From assembly GCA_963782525.1 (NCBI GenBank), contig CAWAKC010000002.1:32001-96000 (forward strand): a stretch of DNA of 64,000 nucleotides, in the 5' to 3' direction. The stretch's first letter is position 1. Each line of letters opens with the position of its first letter. This document shows positions 11,842 to 22,311 of the stretch, piece after piece. The DNA is from Candidatus Bathyarchaeota archaeon (GTDB lineage: Archaea > Thermoproteota > Bathyarchaeia > Bathyarchaeales > Bathycorpusculaceae). The position numbers and the translations under genes are program-made. A model generated the notes under the pieces. It saw only the letters and a program-made list of their open reading frames with translations, had not been told where the DNA came from and did not search any database.

Positions 11842-12963
11842 TTAGGTTAAACACACTTTTGTGGGTCTGTTGTTGCCTATTCCGTAGATTATCCAGTCGC
11901 CAACAGCAAGATCAGCAGGGGCGTTTGTGGTTCCAGCCATGTTTGATAGGTAAGCTGTGTCTTCTTTGTTTGTTGTTTTCCCAATTATTTGGTAACCCAT
12001 TTGAGATAGTACCTTGCTTCCCAGCTCTGAGGGATTAGTGGTTAGAAGGCAGATTGTAATGCCTATTTTTCTTCCCTCGGCAACTGCTCGATTGAGTGTT
12101 TCTCCCTTGAGGTTTTCTGCTTCTTCAATTATTAGGAATTGCGGCATGATTTTTTGTTCCAGTCTCAGTGTCAGTATCGTCTGTAGGGATTCAATGAAAG
12201 TAGCCCGTTTTTCTTCAAGTGTCATTCCTTGTGCATTTAGGACGGTAATTGGACTCTTTTTTATTGTTCTAGTCAGGGAATCTTCATCGATTTTTCCCTT
12301 TAGTTCAATTTTTTTTGCTGAATCTATAGAGCCAGAATATTCGTTGTAAGAGTCAAAGACAATTATTTGCGCTGAATTTTTGGCGGAGATTTCTTGGAGC
12401 AACAATTTGGCGAGGCGTGTTTTACCCGTTCCAGGACCAGCTGCAATTATTGAGTTTTTTGAAGTGAAATCCTGTGCGTCTATGAAACATTTGATGAATC
12501 CATGATTTTCCGGGTCTTCTACTGAGGAATTTTTAAACATTCCAATCTGAATTGGCGCTTTGAAGGGTTCCCCTTTGGTGTTTCTATTCAAAATGTCCTC
12601 AAGAAACTTTTTTAAGGGTATGTAGACGCGGCTGCCAGGGTTTGGCGGAACTAAAACGTCGCAAATAGGTTTGCTTTCATTTCTCAGGTCGATGTAGCCG
12701 ATGATTTCGGCGGTTGCAAACATTTTGCCCATTTTATCGCCGATGGTTGAACCGGCAACTTCTTCATAACTTGTTATATCCGTTATAACCGAGAGCATTG
12801 GGCAGGATTCGCCATAAAGTGGATGGTCAACTATGACGTAGTCGTTTTTCTCTACGCCTGATCGATTTTTTGGGGGACTAACTAGAAAGCCGAATTTTCC
12901 TGTATGAGTGTCGTTGGATACTAGCCCAAAATGTTCTCTTATGCGTACGTTTGATAGATCCAT
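11842..12963 (-). CDS. Compact HerA/DUF87-like ATPase with N-terminal HAS-barrel-like region
   Basis: Walker A AAGPGTGKT, VFDSYNEY, Walker B IIEEAE, EGRKIG; N-terminal PPNPGSRVY. Confidence 0.8.
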   Translation of the reverse strand: MDLSNVRIREHFGLVSNDTHTGKFGFLVSPPKNRSGVEKNDYVIVDHPLYGESCPMLSVITDITSYEEVAGSTIGDKMGKMFATAEIIGYIDLRNESKPICDVLVPPNPGSRVYIPLKKFLEDILNRNTKGEPFKAPIQIGMFKNSSVEDPENHGFIKCFIDAQDFTSKNSIIAAGPGTGKTRLAKLLLQEISAKNSAQIIVFDSYNEYSGSIDSAKKIELKGKIDEDSLTRTIKKSPITVLNAQGMTLEEKRATFIESLQTILTLRLEQKIMPQFLIIEEAENLKGETLNRAVAEGRKIGITICLLTTNPSELGSKVLSQMGYQIIGKTTNKEDTAYLSNMAGTTNAPADLAVGDWIIYGIGNNRPTKVCLT

Positions 12964-13186
12964 TAATTTTTCCTCTGACTTGCTGGTCTTATTTGGTGTG
13001 TTGAGGATTTTAATTTATTGGAGTACAAATTCATGTTTCTTTAGCGGTATGTTGCTTGCTCTATAGTGGTTTTGGGGCTTGAGGGGACTATAGAACAATC
13101 TTCCTTGGTTTCTTATATACAACTTTCTCGTAGTTAGCGCTTAATGGAATCTAGTTTGTAATTAAAATTAAGAAGGAAAAGAAAAA

Positions 13187-14794
13187 TTGACAAGAATTAG
13201 AAATGTAAGAAATACTATTAAATTCAAACGTTCAATAAAAGCAATATCTCCCGTAATAGCAACTCTGCTAATGATCGCCATCGCAGTTGTTGCCTCGCTT
13301 GTAGTCTACGCTTGGGTAAGTGGCTACATGGGCACAACGACAACTAAAGCTGGAAAAGCAATACAAATCCAAAGCTATGCCCCCACAGGCACCGACCCAC
13401 TCAACCCCACTAACTTGCTCGTATACGTGCAAAACGTAGGCCAAGGCGACGTAGAACTTAGCCAAGCCCAAAGCGTCTACATTGACAGCATCTTGGTACC
13501 AATTAGTAACCCAGTTACTCCAACAATCCCAATTGCAGTGGGACAAACTGTGGAACTTACAGTTCCATTACCTACCGGATACCAAAAAGGGGACACACTT
13601 AATATCAAAGTGACAACAACCGACGGCACATTCATGACAGCATCAGGCAAAGGCACAAGCAGCACAGGCGGCGGCTCAAACACAAATACTCTTACAGCTC
13701 CAACTGTAACTGCTGGATCAGTGTCAGTTAATCAAGGTCAAAGCTCGAGTCTTACTTCCTCTGCTGTTACGACAGGGACTGCGCCTTACACTTATCAGTG
13801 GCTGCAACAAGCTCCTGGTACAGGTTCCTATTCTGCTATAACTGGTGCTACATCTTCTAGCTATAGCTTTATGACTACGGGTACTACAACTGCAGGTGTT
13901 TGGTCTTTTGAGTTGAGTGTGACTGACAGTGCTAGCGCAACTGTTACGTCTGCTCCTGCTACTGTTACAGTGAATGCTGTTGCTTTGGCTACTCCAACTG
14001 TTTCTGTTCCTACTTTGGCTCCTGTTAGTCCAATTACGCTTGGCGCTTCTGTGACTGCTTCTGTGACTGTTTCTGGTTCTGCTGGTACTGCTACTGGTAC
14101 GGTGACTTTCCAGGTTTCAACTGATAGCGGAACAACATGGAATACTCTTGGTACAGTAAAGACGTTAGCTACTGGTTCAGCGGTTTCAGACTCATACACA
14201 CCCACAATCGCAAGCAGCAACTATCGATTCCGAGCATTATATAGTGGTGACAGCAAGTATAACGGTGCGACAGGTAGCACAACTTCGCTTACAGTTGATC
14301 CAGTAAGCCACCATACAGTATCTTTCGCTCAATCTGGCTCCACAGCAACGGTCACAGTCAGTTACCAAATCGATGGAGGATCAACCCAAACCGGAAACTG
14401 CCCATTTAGCGTCCAACTAAATCAAGGACAATCCATCTCTTACACATACCCAGCCACTGTCAGCGGCGGCACTGGAAAACAATACGTTATAAGCACGGCA
14501 GCTAGTCCAGCTTCCCCACAAACAGTCGCTACATCTGACATCTCCATATCTGCAACCTACAAAACACAATACCAAGTAACTTTTGCAACAAACCACGGAT
14601 CGACAACTCCGACAGGGACGAACTGGTATGATTCAGGGGCACAAATTTCAATATCTACAACTTATCCCGGCTACAACCACTATTTCAATCATTGGACATC
14701 AAGCACTGGGAAAACAACTTTCGATCATAATGACCATACATCTGCGACCGCAACAATAACAGGCACTGACACAATTACTGCAGTTTGGTATTAG
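13187..14794 (+). CDS. Archaeal type IV pilin-like adhesin with Ig-like/Thr-rich domains
   Basis: Class III signal peptide KRSIKA/ISPVIATLLMIAIAVVASLVVYAW; pilin domain YVQNVG; Ser/Thr-rich beta domains. Confidence 0.85.
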   Translation: MTRIRNVRNTIKFKRSIKAISPVIATLLMIAIAVVASLVVYAWVSGYMGTTTTKAGKAIQIQSYAPTGTDPLNPTNLLVYVQNVGQGDVELSQAQSVYIDSILVPISNPVTPTIPIAVGQTVELTVPLPTGYQKGDTLNIKVTTTDGTFMTASGKGTSSTGGGSNTNTLTAPTVTAGSVSVNQGQSSSLTSSAVTTGTAPYTYQWLQQAPGTGSYSAITGATSSSYSFMTTGTTTAGVWSFELSVTDSASATVTSAPATVTVNAVALATPTVSVPTLAPVSPITLGASVTASVTVSGSAGTATGTVTFQVSTDSGTTWNTLGTVKTLATGSAVSDSYTPTIASSNYRFRALYSGDSKYNGATGSTTSLTVDPVSHHTVSFAQSGSTATVTVSYQIDGGSTQTGNCPFSVQLNQGQSISYTYPATVSGGTGKQYVISTAASPASPQTVATSDISISATYKTQYQVTFATNHGSTTPTGTNWYDSGAQISISTTYPGYNHYFNHWTSSTGKTTFDHNDHTSATATITGTDTITAVWY

Positions 14795-15326
14795 AAAGCA
14801 CTACATTCTTTTTTCTTTTTTTATTTTTAAAATAATTATATTTTGCTTGAGGTCTATCTCTGCGTGTAGGTCGTCACTGAAGTTTTTTGAACACAAAAGC
14901 ATTTTTAGGTTGGGCTTCTCGATAGGGTAAGTTGGATTGGATTTTTCTAATTTAACTACCTTCTGAGATTTTTTGAAATGCAGAAAATGTAGCTTATGAT
15001 CCAAGGACGATTATTTGTAAACTATTTCGGTGATTTTTTATGAAGAATAATATTTGATCCCCTGATAAGTCAGCTGTCTCTATTTAATTCATTTACTGAA
15101 ATTTGCTAGATTTTTCTGGCAGATTAGTTCTTACATTAACAGGTAAAAGTGATTTTTTCCCAATGGTTATTGTTAGATCTTTAATGCTAAATGATACTTT
15201 TGACTCATTAATTCATTAGACTATGAATTGACCTTTGGGTACCATTTATGCTTCGAGAGTAAAAGCGCTTAATTTAGGTTGATTATCTATAAAAAAGGGA
15301 AAATATTTTTTTGATGCTTGATGTTT

Positions 15327-17783
15327 TTATGGATGTTTTCGGAGCATCAATATCGCTAATACGGCGCCGACTGCGATGATTGCAACTAATAGACCTGCGA
15401 TGGCGGGAACGAAGTATATGTCAGCCATTGATTGAGATGCTTGCGTTGGGACTGGTGTATTTGTTGGTCCTTGAATGACGTTGACGGCTGTTTCTGCTGA
15501 TGAGCTCCAATATGCGCCGCTGCCTGCGAACGTGGCTATAACTGTGTATACTCCTTGAATTGGAGGAGTCCATGCGATAGAGTATTGACCTGCTGAGTCA
15601 GTAGTTGTTTGGCCGATGTTTTGTGTATTTCCGTTAGAATCGATTGCAGTGAGGATGACTGGCACGCCCTGGGGTGTGGGTGGATTGTTGACTAAGCTTG
15701 CGTTGTTTTGCATGTAATAGTTCATCTGGTTTGTCATGTCAACGTCTGAAACTGCGGGCGTTCCTGGGCAAAATGGAGATTGATCCAGAACTTTGCCTGT
15801 TATCAAAACTTGGTCTCCAAACATCTGGTTCGCTAATGGTGTTTGAACTGTGGTTGATGTTTGTCCTTTGCCGAAGCAGTATAATTTTCCGTCGTCACCA
15901 TTGTTACCTAAGACGTAGCCATCTGCAACTGCGGTAGTTGCGATAGCGCCAGATACGTTCCAAATGAATTCTCCTGTTGTGGCGTTTATGCAGAAGAGTT
16001 TATTGAATCTGGTCATTGGTTCTCCTCGGTAGTTGGTTTGTGTGCTCCAGTAGAGTTTTCCGTCTGCTGCTACGCCTGGTTCGCTGTTGCCTGCATATGA
16101 TGATCCACCAGAGGTCCATGTGCCTTCTACTGTTTCGCCTGTGGTTCCTACACTTTGGCTCTTCCAAATCAGTGAGCCATTGGTTAAACTGAAAGCGTAG
16201 AGGTATCCGTCATATCTGAATGTGTATCTTACGTCTCCAATGCATATTGCGTAGTACGCTGGTATGTCACCCCAAGGATAGGTTCCAACGGGGGCAGTCC
16301 AGATTTGTGCACCCGTTTTTACGTCGTATCCAATGTATGAGCTTGTCACACCATCAAATTGAACATAGGGTCCACCTGGAGGTCCATATCCAAAGCTTGG
16401 CATTTGTTGAACGTTAGAGTATGTTTGGTTTGTTTGCCATAGGAAAGCTCCGTTCGACATGTTCCAGCCGAGAATTGATGCTCCACCGTTACCTTGTCCC
16501 GTGACGATTACGTTTGCATCTGGGTAAACTGCTAAAGTGTAGGTTCTGCCAGCCTGAAGCCATGCGCCAGTTTGTGCCATCGAAACGTTATACATCAATC
16601 CTGTTGTCCAATTGTTGCCTGTGACTTTGCTGTAATTCCAACACATCAAGCGGTTGGAGGATAGGAAGTACGCTAACGGGTTTCCGTCATCCCACCAAGG
16701 CGTTCCAAGGCCCGAGGGAATGTTAGTGAGTGTCTGAACTAATGCGCCAGTCATTGGATCATAAAACTGCCATGTTCCTGTGTTGACAAGGTAAGCTACC
16801 GGTATGCCTTCATTTTGTTGGGCACCGACTTGGTAGCCTCCGAGAAAATGAATGCCTCGGCTGACTGTGCCGTTAGCGGTGTATAGTAATTTGCCAGTTG
16901 TTATGTCAAGGCAGTTAAAGGTGTTTCCGTAAGGGTTGTTGTAGTAGACTTTTCCGTTTATAACTATTACAGTTTGTCCGCCATAGTAAGCGTCGCTGCC
17001 CCATTGACCGCCCATAAGTCCGCCAAGGACTTGTTGGGTAGCCCATACGATGTGTCCAGTGGTTGGACCAGTGCTATATGGATTATATTTAGTTGCTGCG
17101 TTGTTGTAACCTGAAATTAGCCAGTCACCTGCTATTGCAGCCCATTCTCTGTTGTTTATGTTAATTGGGTTGCTCCAGTATTCTGTTGGAAGCGGTGCGT
17201 ATGGTGTGCCGTCGAGTATTCCAGCGCTTACAGGGTCAGTTTGAACAGTAAATTTGAAGGGTTGTGCTACGCATGGTGTATAGTATCGGGTATCATTGTT
17301 TGATTTTTCAGTAAATGTCTGTCCTGGAAAACTGAAAGTGACACTCCAATTTCCAGCTACGGTTGGTTTGTAGATGAAGTACATTGCGCCGACTGATTCT
17401 GTCCAGCCTGGTGCGATGCCGAGATTGCCTTGAATAAAGCTCTCATCCGTCGGCATGAAAGTGTCGTTTGTTCCGTCGGGTCTTGTGAAAGTTACTGTTA
17501 CGTTAGCGTATCCCACGTTTGATGCTGCTATATCTGTGATGCTTCCGTCTGGTGATTGCGGATTGGGTTGAATCCAAAGGTTAACGACTGCAGTTTGTCC
17601 AACTCCTATTGGGTTTGGTGCAACTGAGATAAAGCCTGCAGTTTTATAATTTGGCCATGCTATAGCGGCTTGGGTGTCTAAGACCATGAATGTTGAAGAT
17701 GCCATCAGGAATGTCAGTGTTGCAATTGCTAAAAGTGCTTTAATTCTGTTATATTTTGCATTTTTGCTAAAAATATTTTGCAT
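15327..17783 (-). CDS. Membrane-anchored PQQ-like (BamB-type) beta-propeller surface protein
   Basis: Signal peptide, repeated D/N..TG..(L/I)W blades, AVADG, KLYCFGKG, C-terminal TM helix plus RKHP. Confidence 0.85.
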   Translation of the reverse strand: MQNIFSKNAKYNRIKALLAIATLTFLMASSTFMVLDTQAAIAWPNYKTAGFISVAPNPIGVGQTAVVNLWIQPNPQSPDGSITDIAASNVGYANVTVTFTRPDGTNDTFMPTDESFIQGNLGIAPGWTESVGAMYFIYKPTVAGNWSVTFSFPGQTFTEKSNNDTRYYTPCVAQPFKFTVQTDPVSAGILDGTPYAPLPTEYWSNPININNREWAAIAGDWLISGYNNAATKYNPYSTGPTTGHIVWATQQVLGGLMGGQWGSDAYYGGQTVIVINGKVYYNNPYGNTFNCLDITTGKLLYTANGTVSRGIHFLGGYQVGAQQNEGIPVAYLVNTGTWQFYDPMTGALVQTLTNIPSGLGTPWWDDGNPLAYFLSSNRLMCWNYSKVTGNNWTTGLMYNVSMAQTGAWLQAGRTYTLAVYPDANVIVTGQGNGGASILGWNMSNGAFLWQTNQTYSNVQQMPSFGYGPPGGPYVQFDGVTSSYIGYDVKTGAQIWTAPVGTYPWGDIPAYYAICIGDVRYTFRYDGYLYAFSLTNGSLIWKSQSVGTTGETVEGTWTSGGSSYAGNSEPGVAADGKLYWSTQTNYRGEPMTRFNKLFCINATTGEFIWNVSGAIATTAVADGYVLGNNGDDGKLYCFGKGQTSTTVQTPLANQMFGDQVLITGKVLDQSPFCPGTPAVSDVDMTNQMNYYMQNNASLVNNPPTPQGVPVILTAIDSNGNTQNIGQTTTDSAGQYSIAWTPPIQGVYTVIATFAGSGAYWSSSAETAVNVIQGPTNTPVPTQASQSMADIYFVPAIAGLLVAIIAVGAVLAILMLRKHP

Positions 17784-17955
17784 TTTTTCATTTCCTATAT
17801 TATTTTATTAATTCCAACATATAAGAAATATTTAAAAGGTTGGTGGTAGAATGCCTACCAATTGCCAAAAAATATTTTTGGGTTTGAACACCCGTGAAAA
17901 TCATCCTCCGTCACGGATGAGTTTGAGATATGAGGTTTTATCCATTTCTCACAGG

Positions 17956-18225
17956 TTGATAGAACAACAACAGTGGCAAAATTTTGTTTGTTGTTGTTCT
18001 TTCGACTGGAATCTAAGTTGAAAGAAGAAGAAGTGCAAATTTTTCAATCTTCTTCTTCTACCCAATAGAGAATTAGGCGGCTTAAGGCCTTTCGTCTAAT
18101 TTGGAAGAACAACAGCACGCTTTTTTGTAGGATTGTGCAGTTGTTGTTCTTCTTAGATATGCTATTATGATTGAAAGAAGAAGAACTGCAATTCTGTAGG
18201 AAATATGTCCTTCTTCTTCTAATTG
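17956..18225. repeat. Array of ~8 alternating-orientation GTTGAAAGAA(C/G)AA(C/G)AA-like motifs forming four hairpins
   Basis: Perfect arms at 17961-17972/17989-18000, 18023-18033/18049-18059, 18104-18114/18142-18152 and 18176-18185/18211-18220. Confidence 0.8.
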
Positions 18226-18374
18226 TTATAGCGACATTCTTTAACATCTTGCAAATGAACGTTGATCGTTTTTTCTAAAAAGTACTGACACTTAATATCT
18301 TACAAATCAGTGCTTTTTCTAGCGCGTTTCCGCAATCAGAAGATGCTGAATTCGTAGTTTTTGTGGTTTGGGTT

Positions 18375-18719
18375 TTAGCCTGCTTCTCTTTTTGTTGTTC
18401 CACATTTTGTGCATCGAAGGAAGGTGATTGTCGAATGAATGGTTTCGTCTGCAGCTTCTACGTTCCATGTTTCGCTTTCGTTATGACCGCATGTTAGACA
18501 GACCACATTAACTGTAGGAAGTTGTCTTAGAGATGCTGCCTTTTTGTCTATGACCGCAATTTCTACTGATTTACCACTGTGCACGTTTATTTTTTGTTTT
18601 GTTTCTTCTTGATTTAGCGGCTTTTGGTATTTGCATTTTGGGCATCTAAGTGAAGGAGTGCCCTTCTTGACTACTTGGAGCAAAGCCCCGCATTGTGGAC
18701 AGAAGTTCATGTTGGTCAC
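18375..18719 (-). CDS. Transcription factor S (TFS/RpoM) family protein, divergent paralog
   Basis: MNFCPQCG...CPKC N-terminal ribbon; CLTCG...AADE...RCTKCG C-terminal ribbon. Confidence 0.85.
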   Translation of the reverse strand: MTNMNFCPQCGALLQVVKKGTPSLRCPKCKYQKPLNQEETKQKINVHSGKSVEIAVIDKKAASLRQLPTVNVVCLTCGHNESETWNVEAADETIHSTITFLRCTKCGTTKREAG

Positions 18720-18922
18720 CTTAGGAGGCTTCTTATCTCAAATGATTTTTAAATTTTGTGACTTTCAGGATACAAATAATTTAATTTATGTTCTAATTGG
18801 TGCAGTGAGAGCAACGATTCCATTAGACAATAGCTTATTAATCCAGAGAAGAAGTTCTTTGAAAATGTAATTGTCTGTTGTCAAAAAATCCGTTTATATC
18901 TTTTGAAAATTAAGCATTAAGT

Positions 18923-20082
18923 ATGAAACGAGTTTTGATTTCTGGTGCTGGTATAGCAGGGCTCACCTTAGCTTGTTGTCTTGCGGATTCAGGTTGGCAA
19001 GTAGACATTATTGAAAAGGCAGGTGGCGAACGTAAAAGCGGGTATATGATTACTTTTTTTGGAAATGGCTGGAAAGTTGCGGAAAGAATAAAAATTCTTG
19101 ATCAGATTAAAGAAATTCGGTATCCTGCCCAAAAATTTCAATATGTGAACAGCTCAGGGAAACCATATTTCAATGTCCGACTTGAACTTGTCAAAAAAGG
19201 GTTGGACAAGAATATACATACCTAAGAAGACCTGACCTTGAGCACATTCTGCTTGAGCGCTCCAAGGAACTCTCAGTTTCTGTTAAATATGGCACGCAAG
19301 TTGCGGATATCAATGAAACACCCGATTCGGTAAATGTAAAATTTCAAAATGGCGACCTTAACTCGTACGATCTAGTTGTTGGCACTGACGGCATGCATTC
19401 TGGAGTCAGAAAACTAGTTTTTGGTGAAGAACATCAATTCGGCCGCTTCTTAGGTTATGGTGTGGCTGCATTTCAAACTTCATATCGAGATGAAATCGGC
19501 AACAGTATAAAAATCTATCAAGAACCCAACCGATCAGCGATTTATTATCCAGTTTCCGAAAAGACAATGGACAGCGTGTTTCTATTCTCTTGCAACAACA
19601 CGGAAAGGGTTCCCAAAGAAAACTACAAAAGCATTTTAGCAGACGCTTATGCTGGCTCAAAATGGATAAATCAGGAAGTAATTCAGAGCTCGCCCAACGA
19701 AAGCATAGGATTTTTCGATGTACTAAAACAGATCCAGATGCAGAAGTGGGCTAAAGGTCGGATATGTCTTACCGGTGATGCGTGCGCATGTTTAAGTCCT
19801 CTTGCTGGCCAAGGTGCTTCAATGGCAATGTTAGAAGCGTTTGTTCTTTCAAACGAGTTGAAAAAGAGCTCCAATGTCAAAGAATGTCTAGAGCGCTATG
19901 AAACCATCTTGAAGCCAGATATTGTAAGTCGCCAAGCTCAAGCAAGGCACATCGCAAAAAGATTTGTTTCCTCTACGACAAAAGAAATGGCTTGGTATCG
20001 ATGGCTTACCCACATGGAGTTTAGTTCTCTTCTTGTGAATAGGACTTCAAATGGATTCAAAGGGAAAATCTATCAAATTTAG
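18923..20082 (+). CDS. FAD-dependent monooxygenase (frameshift ~19210)
   Basis: ISGAGIAG Rossmann motif, GTDGMHSGVR, GDACACLSPLAGQGASMA. Confidence 0.88.
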
Positions 20083-20829
20083 ATTCAAGTTCAAATCCGG
20101 TAGAAAACAACCCAATAGGGTAAGTCCGGTTGACTTATTTATTGTCCAAACATGTTTTGGTACAATTCGAGTGGCATACGAAAACATGGTTTTCCAAACT
20201 TAGAAAATCAAGCATTTTAGAGCAACCTGCCATGGTATTTGCCTTCTTTTTTCCAGAGTCGAATGGTTCTAAAAGAGAAAATCGTCATTGGCATTCAATT
20301 CTATACCCTTAATCACGATTTCTTTTGTTTGCCTTTAATTATATTAAATAACGTAGTACAAAAAACACAACAAAAAGCCCTTTAACAAAAAACAGGGCAT
20401 CTAATTAAAACGGGAAGTATGATCCCAAAATTGGAATCGTTTGGCTGGATCAACGTTGGCGGGACGCGGAGGCTATTTAGCCCAAGCAAACAACCTTGAC
20501 GCATCTGCACCAAAACGTGCTTTGATCCCCAAACGTTTACTCCCCCTTTTTTTAAAGTATTCAATATTTAGAAAACCAGAAATAAAATTTTGTTTTCAAA
20601 AAATGGCTATAGTAATTCAACCGATTACTCATTTAAAGCTCCAGGTTTCGGGTTAGTATAATTGACTCTGATTCCGCAAGTTGCATAGCAGTCTTTGCCA
20701 TCCCAAGAATTGACTGTGACAACCTGTGGAACATTTAGTTTTTGTACATATTCGGCAAGAAATTGTCTTCTGCGACACAGAACCCTTTTATCGTCCAATG
20801 TAAACCCTCGTCCTAAAGATGCAGTTCAA

Positions 20830-20982
20830 ATGGTCAAATGCCCAAGATGCCAAAAAGAATTCGCTAAACTAAAAAGTAGTCATGAAAGCGATTATTTCTC
20901 ATTGAAATACTACTCTTGCGATAACTGCAGCCACATTTTCAAAGTAGCCCGCGTTAAATATCCAACCAGTCTAAAGTTATAA
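20830..20982 (+). CDS. Zinc-ribbon microprotein
   Basis: MVKCPRCQK...YSCDNCSHIFKV (two CxxC pairs); ATG at 20830 is the likely start. Confidence 0.65.
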   Translation: MVKCPRCQKEFAKLKSSHESDYFSLKYYSCDNCSHIFKVARVKYPTSLKL

Positions 20983-21044
20983 AAAACATCATAACAAAAA
21001 AGCAATAAAGCTTTTATTTTAAGAGGAACATATTCTTCTTAGCC

Positions 21045-21122
21045 ATGAAGAACCAAAAGAAGAACCGCAAAGAGCGACGCAAAGAAATCCTGGCTGAAGT
21101 TCTGGATCAACAAAGTCTTTAG
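21045..21122 (+). CDS. Putative 25-aa basic micropeptide
   Basis: MKNQKKNRKERRKEILAEVLDQQSL, with an AT-rich TATA-like sequence ~30 nt upstream. Confidence 0.35.
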   Translation: MKNQKKNRKERRKEILAEVLDQQSL

Positions 21123-21353
21123 CGGTTAGTAAATATTAATCTTCAAAGAAGAGCTGGCCTTGAAGTTCTGACAAAGGATATGGATAGTCAATATGCTATC
21201 TTATCCCTTTGAAAGCGGAGGGCGTTTAGAAAGTTCTTGCATCTGTGATATGATGTAGCGATTCTTCTTAGGCGTCAAGGTTTTGCGGTGTTTGCTGTTT
21301 TTTCTATGTATTCTTTGATTTCGTACTGTAGGCTGGGTGCAGGTGACGTTGAA

Positions 21354-21476
21354 TTATGTGTAAATTTGTTGTGGTTCCATGCCTGGGTAATGTTTTGAAT
21401 GGCAGTCTTCTTTTGGGCATCCTTCGCAGCTGCTAAAGTCGCCTTTTTGGCACGGTAGTGTATATGAGCGATCCAA
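21354..21476 (-). CDS. Putative 40-aa Cys-rich microprotein
   Basis: TTG start; DRSYTLPCQKGDFSSCEGCPKEDCHSKHYPGMEPQQIYT; purine-rich AAGGAAGTGA upstream. Confidence 0.5.
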   Translation of the reverse strand: MDRSYTLPCQKGDFSSCEGCPKEDCHSKHYPGMEPQQIYT

Positions 21477-21832
21477 TATCTGTCACTTCCTTTTTAGTTA
21501 GTATTATATGTCATGTCTTGCTATACCAAGATGCTTAAAAGATTTGCTATCTCTGAAATAATATTAACCATATCTCAGGACGGTTTGTTGACTTTTAGGC
21601 GTTAAAGCTGGGAATTGTTTAGTTAATATTAGATATTTTTCTGAGACGGTGGCTTTTATGCAGGTACATTGATTTAAACGCGTAAAAAAATGCTTGGTCT
21701 ATTATTTGCGGATTAAAACTGCAGATTGTCTAATTTCGTTTTTTTGCGCTTCTGTTTTTCGCTAATTGCTTAGGAATATTTTGCATAGCTTTAAAAACAT
21801 TGTACGTCCTAACGATGTTTAGGGGGAACTCT

Positions 21833-22050
21833 TTGGATAGGGTAGAGGTTATGGCTCTCTTGAAGGAATTAATTGCTGGTAACATGGTAATCCCTCTTTT
21901 GTTAGCTTGTCACAAAGAATGCCCAACCATTATCAGCTTCAGATAAAAAGCGATTATTATAGATCAGAATTAGAAGAGTATGCAAAAAAATTCGGCTTAA
22001 GCATTGAGGAGAATAAAGAACAAAAATACATAGTTATTTCAAGCCACAAA
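21833..22050 (+). pseudogene. Small hypothetical protein, frameshifted
   Basis: MDRVEVMALLKELIAGNMV + PSFVSLSQRMPNHYQLQIKSDYYRSELEEYAKKFGLSIEENKEQKYIVI in two frames; GGGGA upstream. Confidence 0.45.
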
Positions 22051-22311
22051 AAATTTTTTTTGATTTTATAGCCAATTGAGTTCATATTTTCTCGGAGAAA
22101 ATTAATGTTAAGCGGATTTAGCCATGCAGTCATAATTGATAAAACGCAAAAGGATGGGGAATATTTTAACCTGAATTAGCAGCCTAATCCACTTAGCGCT
22201 TTGTCTTGTTGGTTGAATCTTGCCTGTCAGCACCTATCGCTTTGTAACGACATAGACGAATGTTGTTGTATCTTGATGCAACAACTCTTACTTTTTTTCG
22301 GAGAATTATTT

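Noticed and set aside
17956-18225. CRISPR array, suggested by GTTGAAAG/ATTGAAAG resembling archaeal repeat ends
   Set aside because: Units alternate in orientation, are not identical, spacers are irregular and no cas genes are present; kept as a palindromic array.
20088-20101. GTTCAAATCC resembling a tRNA T-loop
   Set aside because: No T-stem, acceptor stem or cloverleaf in the flanks.
6744-20125. AGGGTAAG motif in three intergenic regions (~6745 minus, ~14924, ~20117)
   Set aside because: Too short, with little flanking similarity, to separate from chance.
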